Program-made: the position numbers and the translations under genes | The notes under the pieces: model-generated | What the model was told of the DNA's origin: nothing | The model's database searches: none | What the model saw: the letters and a program-made list of their open reading frames with translations, nothing else | Shown: positions 48,017-57,144 of the stretch, piece by piece | How positions within the stretch are numbered: position 1 is the stretch's first letter | Layout: each line of letters starts with the position of its first letter | Source of the DNA: Elusimicrobiota bacterium | GTDB lineage: Bacteria; Elusimicrobiota; Elusimicrobia; UBA1565; JACRDR01 | Length of the DNA stretch: 64,000 nucleotides | Assembly: GCA_041694815.1 (NCBI GenBank) | Contig: JBGFSC010000029.1 | Coordinates: forward strand, 20,302 to 84,301 | Reading direction: 5' to 3'

Positions 48017-48099
48017 GGGCAAGTGGCGGAAAGGCAGACGCTACGGACTTAAAATCCGTTGGCCGCAAGGCCGTGTGGGTTCGACTCCCACCTTGCCCA
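48017..48099 (+). tRNA. tRNA-Leu(TAA)
   Basis: Acceptor GGGCAAG/CTTGCCC, anticodon arm ACGGA-CTTAAAA-TCCGT, long variable arm GGCCGCAAGGCC, T-loop GTTCGACT. CCA not encoded. TATAAT at 48002. Confidence 0.95.
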
Positions 48100-48105
48100 A
48101 GATTC

Positions 48106-48720
48106 ATGAAAATAGCCAAACAAGGCTGGAAATACATCGCCTTCGGGCTCGCCGTGGCCATCATGGGCGGCTTCTGGGCCCCCCCATTAGGCGCCTTGGG
48201 TCTCGGTTTTTCCGCCTTCTGCGCGTATTTCTTCCGCGACCCCGAGCGGCCCCTGCCGAACGATTCCGACGCGGTTTACTCGCCCGGCGACGGCCGCGTG
48301 CTCAGCGTCGCGCGCGAGGGACCCGGGGATATCACGACGGTGCGCATCTTCTTATCCCTATTCGACGTGCACGTGCAGCGCGCGCCCTGCTCCGGAACCG
48401 TGGACCAGGTTCGCTACCAGAAGGGAAGCTTCCTCATGGCGATGAAGGACGAGTCCAAGGCCAACGAGCGCAGCATCGTGCGGCTCAAGCCCGCCGGAGG
48501 CCGCGAGCCGCTCGTCTTCGAGCAGATCGCGGGCTTCGTCGCGCGGCGGATCGAGACATGGGTCAAGCCCGGGGAGGCCGTCAATGCGGGCCAGCGCTAC
48601 GGCATCATCTATTTCGGCTCGCAGGTGGCGGTGCACCTGCCCGCCGGCTGCCGGCCCGTCATACGCCCGGGGGAGCGGGCCGTCGGTGGGGTGACCCCGA
48701 TCGCGCGATGGACCGAGTAA
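48106..48720 (+). CDS. psd: Phosphatidylserine decarboxylase
   Basis: FFRDPER, SPGDG, IFLSLFDVHVQRAP, QIAGFVARRI, FGSQV cleavage motif. Confidence 0.94.
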   Translation: MKIAKQGWKYIAFGLAVAIMGGFWAPPLGALGLGFSAFCAYFFRDPERPLPNDSDAVYSPGDGRVLSVAREGPGDITTVRIFLSLFDVHVQRAPCSGTVDQVRYQKGSFLMAMKDESKANERSIVRLKPAGGREPLVFEQIAGFVARRIETWVKPGEAVNAGQRYGIIYFGSQVAVHLPAGCRPVIRPGERAVGGVTPIARWTE

Positions 48721-49463
48721 AGCTCAATCGGGGCGGGCGGGTGCTGGCCCCTTCCCTGTTCACGCTGGCCAACATGGCCTGCGGCTACTACTCCCTGATG
48801 GCCGCCAGTCGCGGCGATTTCGCGGCCTCGGCCACCGCCGTGCTCGTCGGCATCGTCTTCGACATGCTCGACGGGCGCGTAGCCCGCTGGGTGCACGGGG
48901 AAAGCGTGTTCGGTGTCGAATTCGACTCACTCTCCGATTTCCTGACCTTCGGCGTGGCTCCGGCCTACATGCTCTATGAGCTGACGCTCAAGGATTACGG
49001 GGTCTGGGGCCTGCCCATCTCCTTCTCGTTCGCCCTCTGCGGTGCGCTGCGCCTGGCGCGATTCAACGCCGTCTCCCATTCCGGCGCCTCCTCCAAGACC
49101 CATTTCCAAGGCCTGCCGATACCGGCGGGAGCTGGATTTCTGGCCTCCTTCGTCCTGCTCTACAACATACTCGAGGAGCAGCGTCCGGCCCATACGCTCT
49201 CGCTGGTGATGGGCGGAGTGTATACCCTCATCGATTTGGCGCCCTTCCTGGTCGTCGCCTTGGCGCTGCTGATGATCTCGAACATCCCCTACGCGGCCTT
49301 CAAGCAGGTGCGCCTGGAGCGGCGCAGCGCGCCCCTGCTCGTCACCGTGGCGCTGTTTTTGACGCTGATGTATTTTTACCCGCAGAACGCGATCTTCCTC
49401 ATCTGCCTTCTTTACGTGCTTTCGGGGCTCCTGGGCTTGGCGCGGCGGCGCAAGAGCGAATAG
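48708..49463 (+). CDS. pssA: CDP-diacylglycerol--serine O-phosphatidyltransferase
   Basis: FDMLDGRVAR, FDSLSDFLTFGVAP, LRLARFN, FQGLPIP. Confidence 0.94.
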   Translation: MDRVKLNRGGRVLAPSLFTLANMACGYYSLMAASRGDFAASATAVLVGIVFDMLDGRVARWVHGESVFGVEFDSLSDFLTFGVAPAYMLYELTLKDYGVWGLPISFSFALCGALRLARFNAVSHSGASSKTHFQGLPIPAGAGFLASFVLLYNILEEQRPAHTLSLVMGGVYTLIDLAPFLVVALALLMISNIPYAAFKQVRLERRSAPLLVTVALFLTLMYFYPQNAIFLICLLYVLSGLLGLARRRKSE

Positions 49464-49526
49464 TCGACGCCGGCCGGGGTTCTCGCGTATCTTGCAATCG
49501 TTGGCTTTGAGGGCCATACTTGGAGC

Positions 49527-50741
49527 ATGCGCCGTCTCCTGGCCGTTTTTCTGTGCGGCCTGCTGGCCGTTCCGTCCCTGGGCGCCGACGCCGCGACGAA
49601 CTGGGACGGGGCCTCGCCAAAGCCGGAACTCGAGGTCTCCCTATCGCCGGGGACGCCCCCCGCCGCCACTGGGGACTTTTTCCGCCGGCTCGCGCGCCGC
49701 ATGGGCTTCGTGGCCAAGCCTCCCGTCGTGGCGCCGCCCGTCCCGCTCCGCCCCGCGCTCACCGACGAGCAATTCGTATCCGTGGTGGAGCGTTCCGGCT
49801 CGCTGGCGGAGCTCGAACGGAATCTGGGGATGGCCTTTGACTCGCGCTCGCAGGCGATCGCTTACATCCGCGGGCGCTGGAGAGCGGCGCGCGCCTCCCG
49901 GCGCGCCGCGATACTGAGCGCCGTTCCCCGTTCCAGCGGGGAATTGCCGACGTTGGAAACGTCCCTCTACGGCATGACCTTCAAGCTCCATGGGATCGTC
50001 CATGGGGATTCCGGTTGGATTGCGCCTGGTTTCAGCCCGTCTCCGGAGCTCAAGAAATTCATCCAGGACCGCGTGAAGTATTACGAGTCTCGAGGGGAGC
50101 CCTGCTACGTCGAAGAGCGTTTCAACGGCTTCTTCGGACTAGGTCTTCCGAGGGAACGCGACCTCGCCGATCAAACGATGGCCTCCTGGGGCTACCTGCC
50201 GTTTTGGAAAGGCTTCGCCAACTTTTTCCCGCGTGCGATGCTGTCGATGCCCATGGTCATTCCCACCCTGGCCATCGGCTTTGCCGTCATCGGCGCCTGG
50301 ACCCTCTCCTCGAAGAAACGGCAAGGAGCGCCGCCAGCAGCCAACGCGTCCGAGATCCAAGTCTGGCACAGGGCCCTGAGGGATGAACCCTACCAGCATA
50401 TGGCCTTCGAGACGATGTCCGTCGGCAAGCTTCCGGAGCCGATCGACCTGGCGATGGACGACTTTTCGGAGCGCAACCCCCGCGGCCTGCTCGCTCGATT
50501 TCTGAGCGTCGGCAAGTTCCCATGGGCCACCACCGCCGAGAGATCGCTATACACCGCGATACTCTTGATTCGGGAGGCTTACGTCAACAAGACCCCGGTC
50601 GTCCATTACCTTGGCGGCATGCAGCATATTTCACAGATCGCGTATTTCATCGAACATTACGCCGACCAGGAGTCGATGGACACTTGGCAAAAAGACTACA
50701 GCGCCCGCCGGAAAACCCTGCTTGAAATCGTCCAGCCTTAA
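49527..50741 (+). CDS. Secreted hypothetical protein, possibly remote TraB/GumN family
   Basis: Signal peptide; LHGIVHG, CYVEE, AERSLY, HYLGGMQHISQI in TraB-like order. Confidence 0.6.
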   Translation: MRRLLAVFLCGLLAVPSLGADAATNWDGASPKPELEVSLSPGTPPAATGDFFRRLARRMGFVAKPPVVAPPVPLRPALTDEQFVSVVERSGSLAELERNLGMAFDSRSQAIAYIRGRWRAARASRRAAILSAVPRSSGELPTLETSLYGMTFKLHGIVHGDSGWIAPGFSPSPELKKFIQDRVKYYESRGEPCYVEERFNGFFGLGLPRERDLADQTMASWGYLPFWKGFANFFPRAMLSMPMVIPTLAIGFAVIGAWTLSSKKRQGAPPAANASEIQVWHRALRDEPYQHMAFETMSVGKLPEPIDLAMDDFSERNPRGLLARFLSVGKFPWATTAERSLYTAILLIREAYVNKTPVVHYLGGMQHISQIAYFIEHYADQESMDTWQKDYSARRKTLLEIVQP

Positions 50742-50762
50742 ATCCGCTGTTAAAGGGAGCTA

Positions 50763-51455
50763 TTAGGCGTTCTTAAGCGTAACGACCAGGGCCCGGCCGT
50801 CGGTCCGGAAGGGATGTCCCTTGTCGTTGACGCCGTCCGAGGGGATCTGCGGGAGGGGCTGCAGGCGCGCCGATTCCACCCACGGGGAGCCCTTGAGGCT
50901 CTCATGGATGAAGTCGCGCTCCATGTTCATGTCGGGATGGGGGATATGGGACAGCTCATGCCAGCGCATGTCCACGTCGTAGTTGCCGCTGCCCCACCAG
51001 ACGGGCCTGTCACGCTCGTCGCGCCAGGAGCTGCGCCAGAGACGGAAATGATGCCGCTCCGTGATCTGGGTGACCGGCACGGCCCAATTGAAGTCTTGCA
51101 CGCGCCCCTCGACGCGGTAGAGGTTCATCGGCGGGCATCGCTTGAGCTTGCCCCCGTCGAGCAGATCGCGGAAGCCGGCCCTAAAGGACGCCGGCCAGCG
51201 TACCGGGATGGCCGACCACCCGGCCTCGCTTAGCGCCGCGCAAACCTGCTCCTCCGAGCCGATGAACAATAAGTTCAGCGGGTCTCCCGCCCTACCGAAG
51301 CGGCCGTTGTTGCGGGCGGGGATCTCGGAGAGCAGTTGCGCCAACGGTTTCGGGGGCCTCGGCGGCAGGGGGGGCGTGCGGTAGTCGGGAAGCACGAAAT
51401 CGGAGAAAAAGACGGCGAGCAGCCCCAGTGCCGCGAGTGTCGCGAGTAGCGTCAC
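50763..51455 (-). CDS. LssY C-terminal domain protein
   Basis: GDPLNLLFIG, GRVQD, RHHFRLW, HIPHPDMNMERDF, FRTDG. Confidence 0.8.
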   Translation of the reverse strand: MTLLATLAALGLLAVFFSDFVLPDYRTPPLPPRPPKPLAQLLSEIPARNNGRFGRAGDPLNLLFIGSEEQVCAALSEAGWSAIPVRWPASFRAGFRDLLDGGKLKRCPPMNLYRVEGRVQDFNWAVPVTQITERHHFRLWRSSWRDERDRPVWWGSGNYDVDMRWHELSHIPHPDMNMERDFIHESLKGSPWVESARLQPLPQIPSDGVNDKGHPFRTDGRALVVTLKNA

Positions 51456-52234
51456 GGCTTGGGAGGGTTGTAGTATTTAAGCGCCTCGGGCAGCCATTTG
51501 CGGATGGCCTCCTGGCGTTCCTTGCTGGGGGGGTGCGTGCCGAGGTATTTCGCCAACCCATCGGAGGACTTACCGCCCGCGGCCTTGTCCATCCGGCCCC
51601 AGAACTCGACGGCCTCCTTGGGGTCGTAGCCGGCCTTGGCCATCAGGATGAGGCCGATGCGGTCGGCCTCCGACTCCTGCTTGCGGCTGTAGGCCAAGAG
51701 CCCGAGATTGGCGCCGAGCCCGTAGGCCTTCTCGAAAACATCGCGGGTCTGCGGGGATTTGGTGGAGAGCAGTATCCCAGCCGCCTGCGCCCCGAATTGG
51801 GCGAGCAGTCCCTGGCTCATGCGCTCGGCGCCGTGCCGGGCCAAGGCATGGGCCACCTCGTGGCCCATGACGACGGCCACTCCCTCCTCGGTCTTCGTCA
51901 CCGGAAAAATCCCCGTGTAGAAGGCGACCTTGCCGCCCGGCAGGCACCAGGCGTTGATCTGCTTGTCGTCCTCGATGACGTTGAACTCCCATTGGAAATC
52001 GGGACGATCGGCCGCCTTGGCCGTGCGATGGCCCACGCGGCGCACCATGGAGACCTTCTCCTGGTCGCTCGAGACCTTGCCCTTGGCGAGGGCTTCCTTA
52101 TAGGCCTCATCACCGAGCCTCTTTTCCTGTGGCTGGGAAATGAGCACCAAATGGCTGCGCCCGGTGAACGGGACGGTCTGGCAAGCGAGAAGCGCCGCGG
52201 CGGCGACGAGGGGCATCAGTTTGGTCGAGTCCAC
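51452..52234 (-). CDS. M48 family metallopeptidase lipoprotein
   Basis: LLAC lipobox, TGR, NAWCLPGG, GHEVAH, YSRKQESEAD, THP; TGnTATAAT 7 nt before GTG 52234. Confidence 0.92.
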   Translation of the reverse strand: MDSTKLMPLVAAAALLACQTVPFTGRSHLVLISQPQEKRLGDEAYKEALAKGKVSSDQEKVSMVRRVGHRTAKAADRPDFQWEFNVIEDDKQINAWCLPGGKVAFYTGIFPVTKTEEGVAVVMGHEVAHALARHGAERMSQGLLAQFGAQAAGILLSTKSPQTRDVFEKAYGLGANLGLLAYSRKQESEADRIGLILMAKAGYDPKEAVEFWGRMDKAAGGKSSDGLAKYLGTHPPSKERQEAIRKWLPEALKYYNPPKP

Positions 52235-52256
52235 GGCTGGCATTATAGCAGACCGA

Positions 52257-53798
52257 TCATTTTCGCGGAAATAGCGGCGGCGCCTTTTGGATACGATGCT
52301 CCTGCGACCCCCGCAGCACTTCCTCGGCGGTTAAGGGGACTGGGAACTGCCGCACCCCCAACTGCGCCTGGATCTTGGCGGCCGTCTGCGGCATGAACGG
52401 GGCGATCCAGCCAGCGATGATGCGCAGAGACCAGACGAGGTCGAACAAGAGGAATTTGAGCTTCTCGGGATCCGATTTTGCCAGCTTCCAGGGAGCCTCC
52501 TGGTCCACCGTGCGGTTGAGCTCGCCGACGACACCCCAGATGATCCCCAGGGCCTCGGAGAACGCGAGGCGTTCCATCGACTCGTAGATCGCCGGGCTGC
52601 GGTCGGCCACCTCCTTGGTCTTAAGCGGCCGCTCCAGCGGAGGGCGGCGGGGGAGCTCGCCCGAGAGGTATTTGTCCACCATCTGGACGACGCGCGAGAT
52701 GAGATTGCCCAGATCATTGGCCAGCTCCGCGTTGTAGCGCTTGCGTAGTGACTCGCGGGAGAAGTCTCCGTCGTTGCCGAAGGGCATCTCGCGGAATAGG
52801 AAGTAGCGGAAGGCGTCGACGCCGAACTCGCGTGTGATTTCGCGCGGGTCGATGAAGTTGCCGCGTGACTTCGACATTTTCTCGCCTTCGACCGTCCACC
52901 AGCCGTGCGCGAACACGGTCTTGGGCAAGGGAAGCCCCAGGGCCATGAGCATCGCGGGCCAGGTCACGGCGTGGAAACGGTAGATCTCTTTGCCCACCAG
53001 GTGCACGTCCGCGGGCCAGGTCTCAAGGAAGGCCGGTGCGGCGGCCGCGGGGTATCCCAAGGCGGTCGCGTAATTGAGCAACGCGTCAAACCAAACATAG
53101 ACGGTGTGCCTCGGGTCGAAGGGGACCTGCACGCCCCAGGCCACCTTGCTCCTCGACACGGAGATATCCTTGAGCCCGCCTTCGACGAAGCGCCGGATCT
53201 CGGAAGCGCGGTGCGCGGGCTGCAGGAACTCGGGATGGGCGCGGTAATGCTCGAGCAGCGGCCGTTCGAAGCGCGAAAGCTTGAAGAAATAGCTTTCCTC
53301 CTCGACCTGCTGTAGCGGTTTGCGGCAGTCGGCGTTGAGGCAGAGGGGAGGGCCTGCGGGGGCCTTTTCCGGGCTCGACTCGGCGATATCGGTCGCGGTC
53401 CAATAGGTCTCGCAGGAGACGCAGTAGAAGCCCTTGTACATTCCTTTATAGATGTCGCCGGCGTTGAAGAGCTTCTGGAACGCGGCCTGCACTCCCTCGC
53501 TATGCCGCGGCTCCGTGGTGCGGATGAAATCGTCGTAATGCACGTCGAGATGCTTCCACAGATCCCGGAAGCTTTGCGAGACCGCGTCGGCGTAGCGGGC
53601 TGGCGACTGCCCCCGGCCGCGGGCCGCCTCCTCGATCTTGGAGCCGTGCTCGTCGGTGCCCGTGAGGAAATGCGTCTTGGAACCCCGCATGCGGTGGAAC
53701 CGGTTGAGGATATCGGCGGCCAGGGTCGTATAGGCGTGGCCGATATGCGGTTCGGCGTTGACGTAGTAGATCGGGGTGGTGATAAAGAAGGTTTTCAT
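52257..53798 (-). CDS. metG: Methionine--tRNA ligase (short form)
   Basis: TTPIYYVN..PHIGH, TGTDEHG, YVWFDAL, KMSKS; no C-terminal tRNA-binding appendix. Confidence 0.97.
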   Translation of the reverse strand: MKTFFITTPIYYVNAEPHIGHAYTTLAADILNRFHRMRGSKTHFLTGTDEHGSKIEEAARGRGQSPARYADAVSQSFRDLWKHLDVHYDDFIRTTEPRHSEGVQAAFQKLFNAGDIYKGMYKGFYCVSCETYWTATDIAESSPEKAPAGPPLCLNADCRKPLQQVEEESYFFKLSRFERPLLEHYRAHPEFLQPAHRASEIRRFVEGGLKDISVSRSKVAWGVQVPFDPRHTVYVWFDALLNYATALGYPAAAAPAFLETWPADVHLVGKEIYRFHAVTWPAMLMALGLPLPKTVFAHGWWTVEGEKMSKSRGNFIDPREITREFGVDAFRYFLFREMPFGNDGDFSRESLRKRYNAELANDLGNLISRVVQMVDKYLSGELPRRPPLERPLKTKEVADRSPAIYESMERLAFSEALGIIWGVVGELNRTVDQEAPWKLAKSDPEKLKFLLFDLVWSLRIIAGWIAPFMPQTAAKIQAQLGVRQFPVPLTAEEVLRGSQEHRIQKAPPLFPRK

Positions 53799-54700
53799 CC
53801 GGCCTTCTGCAGCTCCAAGGCGGCCAGTTGCACGACGAGCCCGGGGGAGGCGTTGGAGCGCAGGGCCGAGCGGAGCTCCGAGAGCCGGCTCAAGGAGCGG
53901 CGGTGACCGGCGCCCTCCCGAAGGCTTGAGGCCGCCTCGCGCAGGAACTGTTCCGCGAGCGGTCGGGCCAGATGCAGCTCCTTGGGCAGTTCCTCGGAGA
54001 GCTTAAAGGGCGCCAAGGGGTCGGCCATCCAGGAGCGTGGCGGAGGCCACGGCGAGTTTCGCAGCGCTAAGGCCGCTCCCGCGGATCCCTCGGCCGAGGC
54101 GGCCAGGCTCAGGGCCTCCTCCCGGGGGATCCCGTTCGATTCGAGCGCCCCCAGCAAGGCCGCGCGGCCAAGCGAGGAGAAGGTCACGCGGTGGCAGCGC
54201 GAGAGCACGGTAGGCAGCATCTTGTCCTTGGCCGAAGTCACCAGTATCCACAGCGTGCGCGGGGGCGGCTCCTCTAAGGCCTTAAGCAGCGCGTTGGCCG
54301 CCTCGACGACCAGGCGTTCGGCGTCCTCGAGCACGGCGACTTTCCAGCGGCCGCCCAAGGACTTCATCTCTAGGTCCTTGATAAGGTGCCGGACGGTCTC
54401 CACGCGGATAAAGCGCTGCTTTTGGGCCTCCTCCTCGCGCAGCCCGGCCTGATAGGCGGCGTTGACGCGCTTGAGATCCGGGTCGATGCCCTTGGCCGCC
54501 GAGAGGCAGGAGGCGCATTGGTCGCAGGGCCGGTCCTGGCCCACGCAATTTAAGGCCTTGGCGAATTCGAGCGCGGTTTTGGTCTTGCCGATCCCCTCGG
54601 GGCCGTGGAAGAGCAGGGCAGGGGGGATGCGCCCCGATTCCAGCGCCAGACGCAGGCGTTTTAAGGCGCGTTCCTGGCCCAGTATTTCCCCAAAACTCAC
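53795..54700 (-). CDS. holB: DNA polymerase III subunit delta'
   Basis: GPEGIGK, C..C..C..C zinc module, ANALLKALEEPP, TVLSRC; tmk-holB-metG synteny. Confidence 0.9.
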   Translation of the reverse strand: MSFGEILGQERALKRLRLALESGRIPPALLFHGPEGIGKTKTALEFAKALNCVGQDRPCDQCASCLSAAKGIDPDLKRVNAAYQAGLREEEAQKQRFIRVETVRHLIKDLEMKSLGGRWKVAVLEDAERLVVEAANALLKALEEPPPRTLWILVTSAKDKMLPTVLSRCHRVTFSSLGRAALLGALESNGIPREEALSLAASAEGSAGAALALRNSPWPPPRSWMADPLAPFKLSEELPKELHLARPLAEQFLREAASSLREGAGHRRSLSRLSELRSALRSNASPGLVVQLAALELQKAG

Positions 54701-55314
54701 CGGAACAGCCTCTCGACCCTTGATAGCACGTCTTGGTGGACGAGCTCGGCCGGCCGGCTGGCGTTAATGAGTGCCGTCTTCGGCAGGCGCTTGGCCAAGA
54801 GGCGGTAGCCGCGGCGCACCTTGGCGCGAAAGCCCGCCGATTCGCGCTCTAAGCGGTCGAGCCTGCGGGAAGGGTCGCGGCGGTGGAACTCCCCGTCGGG
54901 CACGTCGAGCACGAGGGTCAGGTCGGGCTTGAGTCCCGCCGTCGCCACGCGGTCGACGGCCCCGACGACGGCCTGCGGCAGGCCGCGGGCCAGCCCTTGG
55001 TAGACGCGGGTGGCCAGGGAGAAGCGCTCGCAGACCACGGTGACGCCCGACTCGAGCGAGGGCAGGAGCAGCTCCTGGGTATGCTGCGCTCGCGCGGCCT
55101 CATAGAGGAGCAGCTCCGCCAAGGGGTGGACGCGATGACGCGGGTCGAGCACGATCTTGCGTATCGCCTCCGCGAAACGGGTGCCGCCCGGCTCGCGGGT
55201 ATGCATGACACGCCGGCCCCTGGAACTCAGGGCGCGCGCGAGCATCGAGGCCTGGGTCGATTTTCCGGACTTGTCGGGGCCTTCTAGGACGATGAACGCG
55301 GCCTTGCCTTTCAC
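54697..55314 (-). CDS. tmk: Thymidylate kinase
   Basis: FIVLEGPDKSGKST, TREPGGT, AARAQH, YQG, PDLTLVLD. Confidence 0.96.
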   Translation of the reverse strand: MKGKAAFIVLEGPDKSGKSTQASMLARALSSRGRRVMHTREPGGTRFAEAIRKIVLDPRHRVHPLAELLLYEAARAQHTQELLLPSLESGVTVVCERFSLATRVYQGLARGLPQAVVGAVDRVATAGLKPDLTLVLDVPDGEFHRRDPSRRLDRLERESAGFRAKVRRGYRLLAKRLPKTALINASRPAELVHQDVLSRVERLFR

Positions 55315-55348
55315 TCCGGAATTTTAGCAAAAACGGCGGATGGGGGGC

Positions 55349-56635
55349 CTAAGGGCAGCTGAGCGTCCAGCCGCGGTTGGGCAGATCCTTCCAGGCCTGG
55401 CGAGAAAGGATGATGTTCTGGGTTTTGATATGGTCCCCGGCCACCTCGCTGTAATAGACGAAGAAATTGTTCGGATCCACCGTGACCGTCCCGCCCACGT
55501 AGGCGGCGCCGATCACCTTGGTCTGGCCGGAACCCCCCGTCTGCGACAGGTTCTTCTCCACGTATAGAAAGCCTTCCACGATCACTTTATCGAGGCTGAC
55601 GGTGGTGCCGGCGGGGGATTTGTAGGTGGCATTGAGACCTGGAAAGGAGGCCGGCGCCGTCGGGTCCCAGCCGGCGCCCGTGTAGCCCGCCCAGTTATTG
55701 CCGTATTGCATCCACGCCTTCTGCGGGAGCACCGCATCCCGCGTGGCATCCCCCGCGAGGCCGTTAGGCAGAGTCATGTTGCCCTTGACGAACAGGCTCC
55801 CGCGCACGAAGATTTTTCCCTCGACGCAAAGGTCCCCATCGACATAGTACGGTTTTCCCGTGTTGCAGGAGGTCGAGTTGGAGCAGGTAAGATTACAGGA
55901 GACACCGCAGGCCGATCCGCTGTTTTTGCCCCAGCATTGATTGCCGCCATAATAAGTGCCCGAGTCGATGGCCTGCTTGTAATACCAACTGGTGTCAATG
56001 CCCGGGTCCGGAGGAATATTCGGATCATAGGAATGCCACTGCACGCAGCCTGGCTGGTCGCAGTTGGGCGGCGAAGAGCCGTTGGTGTCGAGATCGACGG
56101 AGCCGGCGCTCCAGATCTGCGGCGAGGTCCTGCCGTTGACCGTGACGCTTTTGGGCGTCACGATGGCGCCCCAATGGATCTGGGTATTGCTGCCGCCCAC
56201 CGTGACGCCGGATTGGCTGCGGATGGCGGTGTCGCCCAGGGGGGAATTGGCGTAGATCGCCTCGATGGCCCGGACCTCCTTCTTCTTGGTTTCCACGCCG
56301 ATCGCGGTAATGGTGACCTGGTCGTCCTCGGGGCCGCTGGTGATCTTAATCGAATAGCAGCCGCCGCTCAAATCGTTGTAGGAGGTGGTGCCCGTGTACC
56401 CCGTGGGAAACGTGCCGGATTGCCCGTTGGCCCAGGTTGTCGTGCTCTCGGAGATTTTGCGCATGCCGCGGTCGATGCCGGCCTCGGCCAGCTGGAAGGC
56501 GGACATGTTCTGCTGATGCTTGAGGCTCCAGCGCGCCTCGTTCTGGACGTAATAAACCATGGCCGGGACGATGATCATGAGCACCAGCATGACCATGAGC
56601 ACCCCGATGAGTACTTGCCCGCGGCCTCTATACAT
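55349..56635 (-). CDS. PilX/GspK-like minor pilin with large C-terminal domain
   Basis: RGRG|QVLIGVLMVMLVL prepilin-like N-terminus, AFQLAEAGI (PilX N-term), Cys-rich C-terminal domain. Confidence 0.75.
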   Translation of the reverse strand: MYRGRGQVLIGVLMVMLVLMIIVPAMVYYVQNEARWSLKHQQNMSAFQLAEAGIDRGMRKISESTTTWANGQSGTFPTGYTGTTSYNDLSGGCYSIKITSGPEDDQVTITAIGVETKKKEVRAIEAIYANSPLGDTAIRSQSGVTVGGSNTQIHWGAIVTPKSVTVNGRTSPQIWSAGSVDLDTNGSSPPNCDQPGCVQWHSYDPNIPPDPGIDTSWYYKQAIDSGTYYGGNQCWGKNSGSACGVSCNLTCSNSTSCNTGKPYYVDGDLCVEGKIFVRGSLFVKGNMTLPNGLAGDATRDAVLPQKAWMQYGNNWAGYTGAGWDPTAPASFPGLNATYKSPAGTTVSLDKVIVEGFLYVEKNLSQTGGSGQTKVIGAAYVGGTVTVDPNNFFVYYSEVAGDHIKTQNIILSRQAWKDLPNRGWTLSCP

Positions 56636-57144
56636 TAGTTCATGATCCTCACTTTGGCGATCGAAAGCTGCAGGGCCTTCTTGCCGCCCAAATAGGTGGG
56701 GGCCTGCATGGTGATGGCCACGGAGACGATGCTGACGTCATCAGTCCGAGGATAGGAGAAGGCCAGAAAACCCAGGCGGTCGGAAAGCAGGGAGGTGGTG
56801 GCGCCCAATTTCATGTAGAGCTTGCTGCCGCTCTGGTAGAAGGCGAGGGTCTGTCCCTTTTCCGTCGTAAAGGCGATTCGGGAATGGGGGGGCTGCCCCG
56901 AGACCTGGTCGATGAGCACCGTCCTCCGGTCCGCCTGCCGCAGGAAGCGGTTGATCATATCGAGGCTTGAGCGCACGTCGCGCTCGATATCGTTGCGGGC
57001 CACGGTCTGGCGCCAGAAGTTGAGGACCCGCACCATGAGCGGCGCGCCCACGCTGGCGATGGTGGCCGTAATGAGCACGACGATCATGACCTCCGGAAGG
57101 GAATACCCCATCAGTCCGCGGCGGCGTTTTATTTTCGGCGTCAT
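56635..57144 (-). CDS. Prepilin-type minor pilin (PilW/GspJ-like)
   Basis: KRRRGLMG|YSLPEVMIVVLI N-methylation site. Confidence 0.82.
   Translation of the reverse strand: MTPKIKRRRGLMGYSLPEVMIVVLITATIASVGAPLMVRVLNFWRQTVARNDIERDVRSSLDMINRFLRQADRRTVLIDQVSGQPPHSRIAFTTEKGQTLAFYQSGSKLYMKLGATTSLLSDRLGFLAFSYPRTDDVSIVSVAITMQAPTYLGGKKALQLSIAKVRIMN

Noticed and set aside
48017..48110. tRNA as an integration site for a genomic island
   Set aside because: No integrase and no duplicated tRNA 3' end seen in the window; housekeeping psd follows immediately.
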